From Salpingoeca rosetta (taxonomy: Eukaryota > Protista > Choanoflagellata), in the NCBI GenBank assembly GCA_033442325.1, contig JAWQFM010000020.1:1127853-1191852 (forward strand): a stretch of DNA of 64,000 bases. The letters run 5' to 3'. The notes under the pieces were generated by a model that was given only the letters and a program-made list of their open reading frames with translations, was not told where the DNA came from and made no database searches. This document shows positions 1 through 20,727 of this stretch, in pieces. Both the position numbers and the translations under genes were made by a program. Position 1 is the first letter of the stretch, and every line of letters begins with the position of its first letter.

Positions 1-240
1 GCACAACAGGGTTCACGCGCACCCTGGTGATGGTGCCTGCACGAAGCAATTGCGAGCTCATCTTCGTCCTCTGTCTTGTGGCTGAATCTGCAGTCAGCAA
101 GTCGTGCGCTTGTTCGCGATTTGGGTTGTGCTGCAGCAGGTCGTGGAAGGCGGCGATGAACACACACGTGAAAAAGGAAAGGCAGTGGCCGTGATGTTGA
201 AATTTATCCAATATCATTCATTGGAATTCTGCAGGCAAGA

Positions 241-476
241 ATGGCAGAGCAGCAAGTCGTGCGCGGTGGCGCTGTTGGTGGAGAGGATGAGGAGAGGCGA
301 GGACACACGGTGGCGAGCGTGAGGGAAGAGCAAGAGCAAGCAGAGCAGAGAGCACAAGATGGAGAACATGGGGAAGGTGGCCATGGAGAAGGTGGAGAAG
401 GTGGAGAAGGTGGAGACACAGCAGACAACTTTGCGGCCAACTTCTGGAAGAAACAGCTTGCCACGTCAAAGAAGCC

Positions 477-509
<33 letters not shown>

Positions 510-1358
510 AAGGGTGCACTACTCTTCGTTGTTTATTCATGTGTGTGTGTGTGTATGTGTGTGTGTGTGTGCAAGAGAGTGCTGCTCTTCGTTGTTTGTT
601 CATATGTGTGTGTGCGTGTGTAACAGCGTTTGTGCAAGAGAGTGCTGCTCTTCGTTGTTTGCTCATATGAAATCCTTCACCCATTGTATTCACACCCCAA
701 TCCCGGTCTTGCTCATTACCCCTCCCCTCCCCCTCTCTCTCTCCCGCTCACAGCAAGACTTTAGAGTTCAGCAAGTACCCGTGAATCGGGTCAAGAGGAT
801 TATGCGTCTCGACGAACAAGTCAAGGTACAGATGCAACACACACACACACACATACACACATTCACATACACACTCATACACACACACACACACTGTCTT
901 GCCCCTGTGCTCAAGCAGGTTGTTGTCAATTCGTCATCAGCCCCTGTGAACGATCTCTCGCATGTTCACAAGCCCTTGCCCTCATCCACAATTCCTCTCC
1001 GTTGATTATGTGCGCCTTGCAGCAACTGTCGCTTGATGCGCCCATCATCATGGCAAAAGCCGCCGAGTTCTTCATCGCCCAGCTCACGACCGCCGCATGG
1101 AAGGAGACAACACAAGAAAACAAGCGTGTCATACAGGTGTGTGTGTGTGTGGTGTTGTTTGTTGCTGGCGCCCGTTAAGCGACCTGCGCCGTGCCCTTGC
1201 TCGCTTGTGCCATTGCATCCCTCCACTATGCCCACAGCAACACCCGATTTCTCCCATCCCTCCCCCTCCTTCTGTAGCCCCGCCACATTCGAAATGCGGC
1301 CAAGCAGGAAGAACAATACGACTTCTTGGTGGACATTCTCAATGAGCTCATACCATAA
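241..1358 (+). CDS. NF-YC/HAP5-like H2A-type histone-fold protein; 4 exons (241-477, 754-825, 1023-1136, 1278-1358)
   Basis: Spliced product FWKKQL...DFRVQQVPVNRVKRIMRLDEQVK/QLSLDAPIIMAKAAEFFIAQLTTAAWKETTQENKRVIQ/PRHIRNAAKQEEQYDFLVDIL follows the NF-YC pattern (LPLARIKKIMK.DEDV..IS.EAP..FAKA.E.FI..LT..W......KR..LQ..DI.......FDFL.DI). All introns are GT-AG and phase 0. Confidence 0.85.
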
Positions 1359-1753
1359 CGAGGATCGTGCATGTCAGGACATGCGCGCGCGAGGCAACGA
1401 AGTAACAGCAACACGGGCGCGTGCACACGACGCGGACGAAGGAACAGCGCTGCGACAAGTGCCATGAAGATATGCATCGACATGGCAGGACGACGAGACG
1501 AATGGATACAGAAGGAAGGGATGAATCGACAAAGACACCTCGACATCTCAACATGACTCAGCACACGTGCACGAGATGTCAACGACAGGATGGACCGAAG
1601 AACATAGACGAGGTGCAACCAAGACAAGCGACCACTGCCACACGTACGTGTGTGAGGGTGGGCGTGGTTATGTAACTGGGAATCGTCCCAACAAGCGCAC
1701 AGGCCAATAACATGCCTGCTGCCGCTGCCGCCGCTGCTGCTGCCAGTGTATGG

Positions 1754-7322
<5,569 letters not shown>

Positions 7323-8373
7323 GGTGTTGGTGTTGGTGTGTCTGCTTTGTTTGTGGAAAATGCGATGTGTCCGCCGTGGCTGCTTTTTGATGAATGATGG
7401 ATGGATGAGTCACGATTGTTTGCTTGTTTGGATGTTTGTTGACTTGCGATGCATTGCAAGTCACAAGCCACAGAAGTACAGCTAGACTAGAGTGTCACAA
7501 CAACATCACATCACTCGCAGAGGCATCAATCTAGCAGTCTCTCATGCCTTGCCTCGTGTCGACAGAGTCGACAAGAGACGTTTTCCAGTATTGTCTGCTG
7601 CTTAGTGCCATCTTGAGTGAGCCAGCTTGCTAGCTTGTTTTTCGTTTTGAGCCACGAGATTTGCTTCCTTGCTTCTTGTACTCTTGTCTTCTTGTATGAC
7701 CCAGCCCAACGCCGGCACGCGTCTGCTGTCTTGTGCGTCTTGCAACAGGACCAGGTCGTCCACAAGATGGAAACACGCAGCAAGTGGTTGCACGTATTCA
7801 CTCTTAAGTCTTTCCGTGTCACATTCAAGCATTCTGTATTGTTGTATCGTCAAGTGGCCATGTACTTTTTTACATCCTGCTATATGCTATCTATGTAACT
7901 ATCTGGTTCGGGTTCTCATCACATGCATTCCCTCTTGTGCTTCTTCCAGTGCCACCACTGCTGCTTGATGTAGGACACTCGGATACTTTTATCACACAAA
8001 GGCCACAAGCAAGCGAAGGGCAGAGCATCCCGGAGCAGCGTAGCGTAGCGGAGGGTCTGGGTATCCTATCGACAAGTCGATTTTTCAGCGTCTCGGCCCA
8101 AGCAAGCAGCTCAAGCAAGCTAAGGCTAGAAGGCTTCCACCAAGCTTGCAGCACGACCAAATAAAGGGGTGTGTGTGTGTGTGTGTGTTCGTGAGAGAGA
8201 GAGGCACAGGTGCAAGGGCGAAGCGTGGCTTGCTGACTGTTGCGTTGTGTGTGTTTGTGTGTCCATATCTGATTGCCGAATTTGAATTTGGCGGCAGAAC
8301 ATTGAAAACGAAAACACGCGCCAACCAAGCAAGCAACCAACCACCACCTCGCCTTTGCTGCACGCCACCACAT

Positions 8374-8459
<86 letters not shown>

Positions 8460-8700
8460 CGTTGTCTCCTCCAGCACAGCACGACGACACGCTCAGACAC
8501 CAACATACACATATCGCATCACATGAGCCATGCGGAACAAGGTCTTTGTGGCAGCCATCCCCATGCAAAGTGATCGCGCAGCCGTCGCGCGCATCTTTGA
8601 GAAGTGAGTGCAACAGAAGGGGGGGGGGGCGTTGGAGAGCAGCGCAGGCGATAAGTGCAGCTGCTCAGACAGGCAGACCGATAGACGCACAGCTGCTCAG

Positions 8701-8762
<62 letters not shown>

Positions 8763-9281
8763 NNNNNNNNNNNNNNNNNNNNNNNNNNNNNNNNNNNNNN
8801 NNNNNNNNNNNNNNNNNNNNNNNNNNNNNNNNNNNNNNNNNNNNNNNNNNNNNNNNNNNNNNNNNNNNNNNNNNNNNNNNNNNNNNNNNNNNNNNNNNNN
8901 NNNNNNNNNNNNNNNNNNNNNNNNNNNNNNNNNNNNNNNNNNNNNNNNNNNNNNNNNNNNNNNNNNNNNNNNNNNNNNNNNNNNNNNNNNNNNNNNNNNN
9001 NNNNNNNNNNNNNNNNNNNNNNNNNNNNNNNNNNNNNNNNNNNNNNNNNNNNNNNNNNNNNNNNNNNNNNNNNNNNNNNNNNNNNNNNNNNNNNNNNNNN
9101 NNNNNNNNNNNNNNNNNNNNNNNNNNNNNNNNNNNNNNNNNNNNNNNNNNNNNNNNNNNNNNNNNNNNNNNNNNNNNNNNNNNNNNNNNNNNNNNNNNNN
9201 NNNNNNNNNNNNNNNNNNNNNNNNNNNNNNNNNNNNNNNNNNNNNNNNNNNNNNNNNNNNNNNNNNNNNNNNNNNNNNNNN
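8763..9281. other. Assembly gap (N run) flanked by (CA)n
   Basis: N run. Other gaps: 17129-17250, 24327-24426, 26238-26337, 42263-42362, 56562-56661, all bordered by simple repeats. Confidence 1.
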
Positions 9282-9368
<87 letters not shown>

Positions 9369-10118
9369 CAATGCTCGTCACACCGGCTCCGCATGTCCTT
9401 GTCATTCCTTCCCCCTCCTCCCTCCCCACTCTCTGTCTGCCTGTCTGCCTGTTTGCATCTCCCTTCCTCCATCCCCCTCCGCTCTTCTTCCCCGCCTCGT
9501 TTTGTCCTACCATCGTGCATGCATACTTGGAGCTGGAAAGCTCTGCTCCTGCTGCTGCTTGCGGGCGGCTTGCATTCGCGAAGCAAATCCCCCCCCCTTC
9601 CACGAACAAAGAAACCCCTCCTCTGTCTGCCTCGGGTTTGCCTTGCCATTGCGATTAGCTTGGTGACAACACGCTTACATGCCACTCTTGTGCATGCCAC
9701 CTGATCTCTGCATTCTGTCACCAATAGCCGGACACCAAAGCATCCCCCGATCGCTCTCGAACGGTAAGTTCAGCCACGCTGTGTCTTTTTCACCCGCCTA
9801 GCTAGCGAGAGCAGTTCACCACGCTCCTTCGTCTTCCTTGCCACAAGCGTGGCTGCAGGACAAAGTCCGCTGCCGCCAGCGAAATCATTCCAGGCTTGTT
9901 CCCTGCACGACGATCACGCACTCTCACAAATGCACACACGCACACACACGCACATGACCACTTGCGTGCTCTCTCACGTGCACGCACTCGTTACGCACTC
10001 TTCATCACCTCTCTTGGCCCTCTTCCACGACCACGATCACGACCACGACCACGACCACGACCACCACCACCTCGTCCTCATCGCCCTCCTTCCTCCGCCT
10101 TTGTCCTCCTCCAAATGG

Positions 10119-11303
10119 ATGCCTGTGGAATCCAGCTACGACCCGTCCTGTGTTGTTGTGATTGAAGGCATGCGCCCAAACGTGCCTGAGCGGGAAATCC
10201 ATGAACTTGTCGACAAGTACGACCCTGCAAGTCGGCCCACAATCGTCAAACTCGTGCGCACACGCTTCTTCGCCAACGCCCATGTCGTCTTCTCGAATGC
10301 ACAGGGCGCAAAGGACTGTGTTTCCGGTCTGCAAAGAGTCTCGACCTCCAACCCACGCCACTCGTTGACTGTTCAACTCTTTTCGGAACGGCAGCGCCAA
10401 GCGCCTGCTCCCAACGGTCAAGCCAACGCGCCCACAACCGAGGAACACCCGCCGAAACGACACCGTGCAAACGGGTTTCAGGGAAGCAGCCGCCCTCATC
10501 AGGACCACAACGACCGTCATCATCACCACCACCAACAGCACCAACAGCACCAACAGCACCAACAGCACCAACAGCACCAACAGCACCAACAGCACCAACA
10601 GCACAGGCCACACCACGATGGACCGCCCCAAAATCGCCGCCCTCCACCCATCCCTCCTTCCGATTCCAACAAGTGTCGCATTGTCATCATCCCCAAGCTT
10701 CCAAATGGGCTCACGGGTGTGTAACGCGTCACTAGTTCTGATCACGGCTTCTCTGCTCTTCCTGCTGACCATTGTACATAGTTATCACCTGCCACACCGC
10801 ATTGTATCCACTTCAACCACAACAATCACAGCAATCACAACAGTCACCACCACACGTGTTTTGCCATATGATTTCTTTGTGTGTTTGTTTCCGCCACGGC
10901 CGCCTTCCACCATTTCCCCGCCCCTTACCGCGCACGTGCCGTGCAGATGAGCAATTGGCTGTTGCGCTGGAGTCTCGCCTCCGTACACACGGGCCAGAGC
11001 TCGACCTGAAAGTGAGCCATGGCCCCCAATACCGCTACGCTCACGTCACCTACCCGGACCCGGCGCACGCTCGCAGCGTACGTGCACTTCATCTTGGTCG
11101 TGCTTCCATGAGAGCTGGCTGTGTTGTGCTACAGAAACCGGAGCCAAACGAACACCTAAATGCTTCTCTCAACGCTTCTCTTGTCCACTCGTTCTCACCC
11201 ACTTGACCATTTCTCGTGGTGAACTTGCGCCCACTCGATGCATACACGAACGAACAAAACACGACAATACACAACACGCACACACATGCACCCACCCACC
11301 CAC

Positions 11304-11387
<84 letters not shown>

Positions 11388-13929
11388 TGCAACGCATACA
11401 ACGCGAACACACCGTGGCACAACACTGTCTCGCGCTTGCCCTTGTGGTTATGTAGGCGGCACTGGATTTGCATCGCAGGCTGTTGTTCAAGTTTGAGATT
11501 GAAGCACACTTGGTGCCCACACTGAAATTTCCTGTAAGTGACGATTGACGATTGTGTGCCTGTCCCTGTACCGCCCGAAACGTGGCTGAGCCACATGCAC
11601 GACCACCACTCCTCCACCACACTGCTCATGCTCGCTGCACGCTGCCATCCACGAATGGAACGTGCATGTTACACCGCCGCTGCTGCTGTGAACAGCGAGC
11701 TGCACTGCAGGTGTTTCGCAACCCGCGCGCGTGGCACCCGGACATGGCGCCCACCCTGGAGCTGCGCAACCTCAATGCCGCTGTCACGCTTGTGGCGCTC
11801 ACCCAGCACCTGCAGGACATGGGTGTCAACGGCAGCGTGATACCCCACACCCACCTGGCAAGCGCCAGGATCATGTTTCAGTCGCTGTCAGAGGCGCTTG
11901 CGGCCCACGCCCTCATGCGCCGATTCCCACACATCATCTGGCCCCAGCAGGACTGCGACGTCACGTTTGGCCAGGTACGCGCGTGCTCGCCATGACATGC
12001 CTCTGTTCAAGGCTGTAGCAACCCAACCGCAGCGCCGACCTGCATAGCATTTCGTCTCTGGTTTTGTTTGGAGCAACACAAAGGCAAGGGGGAAAATTAC
12101 GCCATCCTTTTCTCGAAACAAGGCCTCGCATGCGTGCACGTTTCTCTCACACACTTCCTCATATATCGACACGATCACACTCTCCGCCACGTGCACACCC
12201 ACCCACCCACAACTCCACCCATACACACACACACACACACACAATGACACACACACACAATGACACACCCACAACCCCCACCCATACACACCCACAATGA
12301 CATACACACACACACACACACACAATGACACACAATGACACACCCACAACCCCCACCCATACACACCCACAATGACATACACACACACACACACAACCTG
12401 TGTTGTCTCGTGTTGTTGCATCAGCCCAAGGAGACGCAGTGGCTGTGGTTTCATGGTTGTGGGCGTGTGCGTGCATCATCGCAAGAGCTGCGCTCGTGGC
12501 TGTCGCAGTATGGCATGGTTACCCACCTTGGCACCTTGAAACATCAAGACGGCTTCTTTGCCGCATTTGGAACGGTGAAACAAGCCACAGTTGTGAAGGC
12601 ACAGGTTCAGGGCATGTCGTGCTCGCACCCGGTGCAAAGCGATTCCTTGCAGGTGACGTACGTGCAGGACCACACCGTCTTTGACATGGCAGGCACCCAG
12701 TATCGTGACGCCGCGGACGTGAAAGGCGTGCCGTTTGGACCCTGGAATGAAATGGGCAACGAGCAGCGCAATGAGCACGGCCTGCGTGCACACGGCGCTC
12801 ACGCTCGCCGCCACTCGTCTTTGGAGCCGAGAGACGCGGCCGTATCTGCCCCCCATGTTCCACCACCAAGAGCAGCACGCCCCCGCCGCTCGTCGCCTGT
12901 ATCCCGCTCATCGCTCGAGAGGGACACCATCAAACCCCGATTTCCTTCCCCGGCTGGGTCGTCGTCTTCATCGTCAGCAGCGGTAGCGCCGTATACGCGT
13001 GGTGCATCGCTGCCTCCGTCCTCTCGGCGACACCCCACACCTCCCAGGCCGGGCACATGGGTTGACCGGCGTGGCGACAGGGGGTTTTCCCACCGCAGGC
13101 GCGATTCAGACCGGGGCGATAGGCGGCCCCGCGACCGCGTGCATGATCGCCTCCGCTCGCCAGACAGCCGTGACGCCCCTCCCCCCCTTGGTCGGCCGCG
13201 GTCCCGCTCATCCCAGGACGCGAGTGCAGCGGCAGCGCAGCGAAGACACAGTCCAACGGCTCGGGATGACGGCCGACGCCACTCTACGCCTTCGTCATCG
13301 GCATCTGCAGATGCAGCAGTGGTGAAGCGGCGCTCTCCAACAGCGCAGCTTGCTGAGAAGGGCGGGGCACCTCAAAGCACCCGCCAGTCGCCCCCTGCCT
13401 GGAGGACAGCAACTGGTGGCCCCGGAAGCAGCAGCTTTGGGAATCGTACCGCTGCTGCTGCTGCTGCTGCGGCTGCTGTGGCACGCGCGTCCCGGTCCAC
13501 TTCAGCGTCACCGAGGACCGTGGCGGGCAGCGACGCAGATGCCGCTTTCAAGAATGCTCTCAAGGACGTTCGAGGCCGTGTGGAGCAGCTGAAGCAGGGC
13601 AAGACACAGCAGACGCAGCAGCAACAACTTGCCCACACCGGGGAACAAGGCAAGTACTCGGCTGTGTTGCAGCGGTTGATAGAGTCGTCGAAGATCACGT
13701 CACCACCTCCCTCGTCGCCATCGCCAGCCATAGGGAAGGAAGCAAGCACCTCACCTACCCCAGGTGGGAAGCCGTCAACAGCAGCATCGTCATTTGCACC
13801 ACCTGCACCTGCGCCCACAAGGGAAACAACAAGCAACGCAAAACGCCAACATGTGAAGGACGAGTTTCGAACAGAGATGGCAGAGCAAGGCCAGAATAAG
13901 GGCGGAAAGCGCCAGCCTGCGTCTGGCAA

Positions 13930-13992
<63 letters not shown>

Positions 13993-15739
13993 TAGGAAGG
14001 ACAAGGACGCCGCTGGCGTGTATGTGACACGCAAGTGGACGCAACATCGATGGGAGGACTCAGGGGACGAACCCCAGAAGGGCGTGTCTGCTGCCCTTGC
14101 TGCTGGCGCTGATGCATCCTCAGCAACACGGGCAGAGATAGCTGACGCAAACCAACCGAGACCCACCACGACCACGATAACCGCGACTCCAACTGTTACA
14201 CCACCCACAACGGCAACGACAACAACGGCAACGACGACAACAGCTACCGCAACCGCTACACAAGGGGCGTCCACAACACCCGCAGCCATGACAGCCACCG
14301 CAGCCCCATCCACCCCGTCTCCTTCAACACCGTCAACTGCAGAAACGGATACAGCGACGCCCGGAGAGGCAGCACCGCAAGCTAGCAGCACGTCGATGTC
14401 GGCGTTCACGACAACCAACGGAAACGGAAGCGTCTCGACGACGTATGCCATGCCAGGACAGTCTGAGACCACAGAGTCGCCTGTGCTCATCTCAGCGTAC
14501 GCAAACCTATACCCAACAGCGCCTGCTGTACCCTTGTCCAGTGTTACCAGCATGTGGGGACAGCAGCAACAGCAGCAGCAGCAGCAGCAGCAGTATGCTA
14601 TGCAGGCGGAATATGATGCGTATTGGGGCCATTACTATTCACAGTCCGGGTATGGCGCTTACTACGATCCATCATCCTACGCCTATGGATGGTACGGTCA
14701 ACTACCTGGAACGGAGCAGCAAGAGCAGCAGCAGCCACAACAAGCACAACAAGCACAACAACAGCCACAACCGCAAGTGCCACAAGAACAGCAGCAGGCA
14801 TCTCAACAGCAGCAACACGCACAACAGCAGCAGCCAGCAGTGAGTGCGTCCAGTGGGGCGAATCAAGGTGATACCGTGTCCGCATCGGATGCACCTTCGC
14901 AATTAACAACGCTGGACAAGATTGTCGTCGCCGCAGCCATGGATCTTCACGGCTATTCGGAGAACAACCAGCCCGCTGCCAATGCATCGAAGGACGAGCG
15001 CGCCACCGCAACGCCAACCTCCACGCCAGCAGGGTCTGGCACCGCTTCAGCAACACAAACAGCGGCAGCATCTGCACCAGGTGCCAAGGAAAGGGATGCA
15101 GCCGCAAGCATTTCGGCAGCGGCCACGACCGCGACGTCGTCTTCAAACCCCGAGAGCGCTGCGGTGTCCGTTGCCAACACGTTGCAGGGCGCAACAAGCC
15201 ATGTGTCGTTGGCTGTGGCATGGGCGGGCGCACTTCAGCTGAAGAAGTGGCACTTTGGGGTTGAGCTGCGGGCGGTATCTGGCGGGCGCGACGTGCTGTC
15301 GCGTTGCTTGCCGGAGGAGCACACGGTGCTGCGCGTGACCAAGCGAGCGGCGTTGACAGAGGCAACGCAGGCTGCATTGCTGGCGCTGGTGAGCAAGAGT
15401 CGTGCCGGTGGCGACAACAACAGCAGCGTCAGCAGCATCAGCGGTGAGGCTGGGCCTTCTGCACGCGCACGAGCTGATGCCGCCGGCATGACGTTGCATG
15501 CGGCGGCTGTGCTGACGTGCCGCGCCCGGGACCCGTTGCATCGCGCCGCGTTTGTGGCGTGTGTTGGCTTGTACCTGAGCAAGAAGAACGCTGTTGCATG
15601 CGTGACCACCCCTGCAAGCACCCTGTACATTCTGCCCCCGTGCTCGTTTGCGCAGCAATGCGTGGACAAAGCAGCGCCGTTGCTTGACAGTGCAGGAGTG
15701 CAGGACACAGACCTCGTCGTCATTGTGCAAGGGCAATGA
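10119..15739 (+). CDS. SPEN/RBM15-family protein: four divergent RRMs, long low-complexity linker, C-terminal SPOC domain; about 5 exons, start codon uncertain
   Basis: RRM-like units: VVVIEGMRPNVPEREIHELV..AHVVFSN; IVIIPKLPNGLT/DEQL..YAHVTYPDP; TLELRNLNAAVT..ARIMFQSLSEA; WLWFHGC..FFAAFGTVKQA. The C-terminus VAWAGALQLKK..VELRAVSG..LRVTKR..LYLSKKNAVA..LYILPPCSFA..LVVIV matches the SPOC pattern of SPEN (WQGLLALKN..FVSG..LRIAQR..YLQAKQAAG..IFPPCEF..LMIVI). Confidence 0.8.
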
Positions 15740-16225
15740 TTGATTGCCGACTGATGGCTGCTTGGTTGTTGTGTTGTGGTTGCTGTTGCTACTTGTATTG
15801 GTTGCGTGTTCTTTCCGTGTTTATTTGATGTTTGAACTGTACAAGCTGCTGTTCCTGGCCATTTTCGTGCTTGCGCGTTTCGTTGGCTGGTTACTTTTGG
15901 CATTTCTTAGGTCGTAGGTATCGACATACGTGTCCGCGCCATCACCGCGTGCGGTGCATGCGTCGCTCATTGATTGAATGAGTGATGATGTTGTGACTCA
16001 GTGTGACTTGAGTGGCGGTGATCGTGTGCGGATGTGGCCTTGACGGGGTGGCAGACAATACGCGTTGACACCATCCATGCCTTGCCCAGCATGCTGGTGA
16101 CACGCCTACTTGGTGACGACAGGAGCGAGCGAGTGGGGCGAGGAATAAAGCACAAGCTAGGGCTGCTGGCGTGCGTGTGGTTTGACCGTTTCATCTTCCC
16201 AGAGGGCATGAGCTTCACAGTGCGT

Positions 16226-18107
<1,882 letters not shown>

Positions 18108-18337
18108 CGTCGTCGTGTCTCGTCTTGATCTTGGACACGACTGAATTCAGTCACACTTGTATGACGAAATGCGAACCACGCAAACAACAACAACAACGTT
18201 TTGCCACTCCTCCCGCAACAACCAACAAAGCAAGAAGCAAGACAGGTACTTGCGTCGCCCATCTCTTCATCACCCTCAACACCCCAATCCCCAATCCCAC
18301 GTACACCTACCCCCTCCCCCAGCGGACCCGGCTGAAG

Positions 18338-19042
18338 ATGAGCGAGAGCACCGAGGATCACAGCGTGCGAGGACTCGCGCGTGCGCTGGGTGGTTCCATT
18401 CGGTTTGGACCGCGGCCTGCACAGCATCAGCAGAAGAAGAAGACAGAAGAGCACTCTCCGTTAGAGGTTGATGATGATGATGATGATGCCACACACTCGT
18501 CGTCAGATCAGGAACCACCGGCAGCAGCGGAGCACGATGAACAACAGCAGCACCCGCACCATCACGGCAGCACCGAGGAAACAAGCGAAACACGCCGGGT
18601 GCTGGCAGCGGATAGCGTGGAGACACGCGCTGAGGAGGAAGCAGGTGGAGACGATGCAGACAGCGCTGTTGACAAGGAACTCGTGATTTCATCGGATACG
18701 CTTCCAGAACGGCACAGCATCAAGAAGCCAGCACAATCAAAGGGCTCCCTCGGAGGTACGTACCCTGTATTTGTGTGTGAGTGAGTGAGTGAGTGAGTGA
18801 GTGAGTGTGTGTGTGTGTGTGTGAGTGAGTGAGTGAGTGAGTGAGTGAGTGAGTGAGTGTGTGTGTGTGTGTGTGTGAGTGAGTGAGTGAGTGAGTGTGT
18901 GAGTGAGTGAGTGAGTGTGTGTGTGAGTGAGTGAGTGTGTGAGTGAGTGAGTGAGTGATTTGTGTGAGTGCATTTAGCTGCGTAGTAGGCTACGCGTTCG
19001 GGTGCGCTTTCGGCTGCGCATATATGTACATCGAGACACACT

Positions 19043-19133
<91 letters not shown>

Positions 19134-19388
19134 AAACTGGGTTTGTTCATGGACACTCGCTCGCTTTTCTTGCTGCCTTGCTTTGCAGACATCAACATCG
19201 CCCGGGAGTTGAAGATCAACCAGCGCCTGGCGGAGAAGAACATGGGGCCGAAGAAGGCAACCACAGAGTTTCGGCTCAAGCACGACAAAGTCTGCCACTC
19301 TGTCAGGAGGAAGCCAGAGGTCAGTGCAGCCCACCAACATGCTCACCACGTCACACCCAGCAACGTTATACACACACACACACACACA

Positions 19389-19421
<33 letters not shown>

Positions 19422-19446
19422 CGCACACACACACACACACAAACAA

Positions 19447-19504
<58 letters not shown>

Positions 19505-19783
19505 CATGCCGTGCAGCAGATGGCTTCGTTGTCGTGGTTCGTTGGTGCACATGCCTCACACATCTCATTGTTGTTGTCGTCGTCGCTGTCCCTGACCCTG
19601 TGTCTGCACCCTGCATTGCTTGCCTCACAGAGTGAGCTGGATGCAAAGCTTTCCCAACGCGCCAAGCAGTACGACGAATCATCTCCATCATCATCCTCGT
19701 CGTCTCCGTCATCGTCAGCGCAGCAGAACGAATCAGAGCTCTCGTCTGCGTTTCTCAAGTTCAAGCGAAACGTGCAAACATGA
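18338..19783 (+). CDS. Small coiled-coil protein, possibly FAM107/DUF1151-like; 3 exons (18338-18755, 19189-~19289/19319, 19631-19783)
   Basis: In-phase GT-AG splicing gives IKKPAQSKGSLG/DINIARELKINQR.../SELDAKLSQRAKQYDE...SAFLKFKRNV. Similarity to FAM107 motifs is weak. Confidence 0.55.
18779..18957. repeat. (GAGT)n/(GT)n compound microsatellite in an intron
   Basis: Directly visible. Confidence 0.9.
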
Positions 19784-20727
19784 CCTAGCAGCCCGTAGCG
19801 TCACGCGTGGTTGCGGGTGTGGTGTGGGGTGGTTGCTGTCTTGAGCGTGCTCTTGACTCACACCAGCGGTGCGGGTTGTGGGATATGTTTGTTTGCATAC
19901 AAGCAAGTGAGTTGCGTGCGTGCATGTGTTCGATTGCTGGTTTGCACATGTGCGGGGAATTGTATTTCATATCTGTAAAAGAACGAACAGCGTCAAGAGG
20001 AACAACAACACCACCACACCACACAACAACAACGCCACACAACAACAACGCGCAGGAGTATCAACGAGCAATACAAACATGCGCACACATCACAAACACA
20101 GGCTAGCAAGCAAAAGGGAGAGAAGGGAGGGAAAGGAGGACAGAAACGAGAAGCGGCAGCAGCCAACACTGACAGTGGCAACAGGAAGACAGAAAGAAGA
20201 AAAACGCCAGCGAGCAATATCCCGTTGCAAGCACCGCCCCCTTCCTCAACACGTTGCATGCGGTTTGAATAGGGACGAGGGAGAGCAGGTGCAAGCAGCA
20301 AGCAAGTGGCGCGTGGATTACAGCAGAGTACATTATGCACGGAAAAGAATTGAGATTGGGGGGGGGGAAGGGGCAGACGAAAGAAGAGAGTGGCAGTTGA
20401 CATAAGAAGCGAGTGCACTTGATGCTTTGGACGAGCGGAAGAAGGAAAAAAGGAGGGCGGAGGTGGAAGGCGAGTAACATGGCACCACGCTGCAAAACAT
20501 GTGGTAAACAGCAACAAGTGCAATCGTCACATGCATGTCATGCGCACGCACGCACGACAATAGCTGAGAGAAGGAGGTAGAGTAGTCAAAGGGACAGAGA
20601 GAGAGAGCAAGGGGGGGGGGTGTTATGTGCGTGGTGGTGGTGGTGGTGGTGGTGGTGGTGGTAGTGAGCGGGAGAAATCACAGCCACCACCACGATACGC
20701 ACACGTGCAGGACTGGCGGTCAACAGA

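Noticed and set aside
505-670. Three spaced copies of GTGCAAGAGAGTGCTGCTCTTCGTTGTTTGTTCAT, superficially CRISPR-like
   Set aside because: Inside a eukaryotic intron, the spacers are TG microsatellite, copies are degenerate and there are no cas genes. A local tandem duplication.
8281-8294. TTTGAA-TTTGGCGG, a CHR/E2F-like pair
   Set aside because: Order differs from the canonical arrangement and no start site can be assigned nearby.
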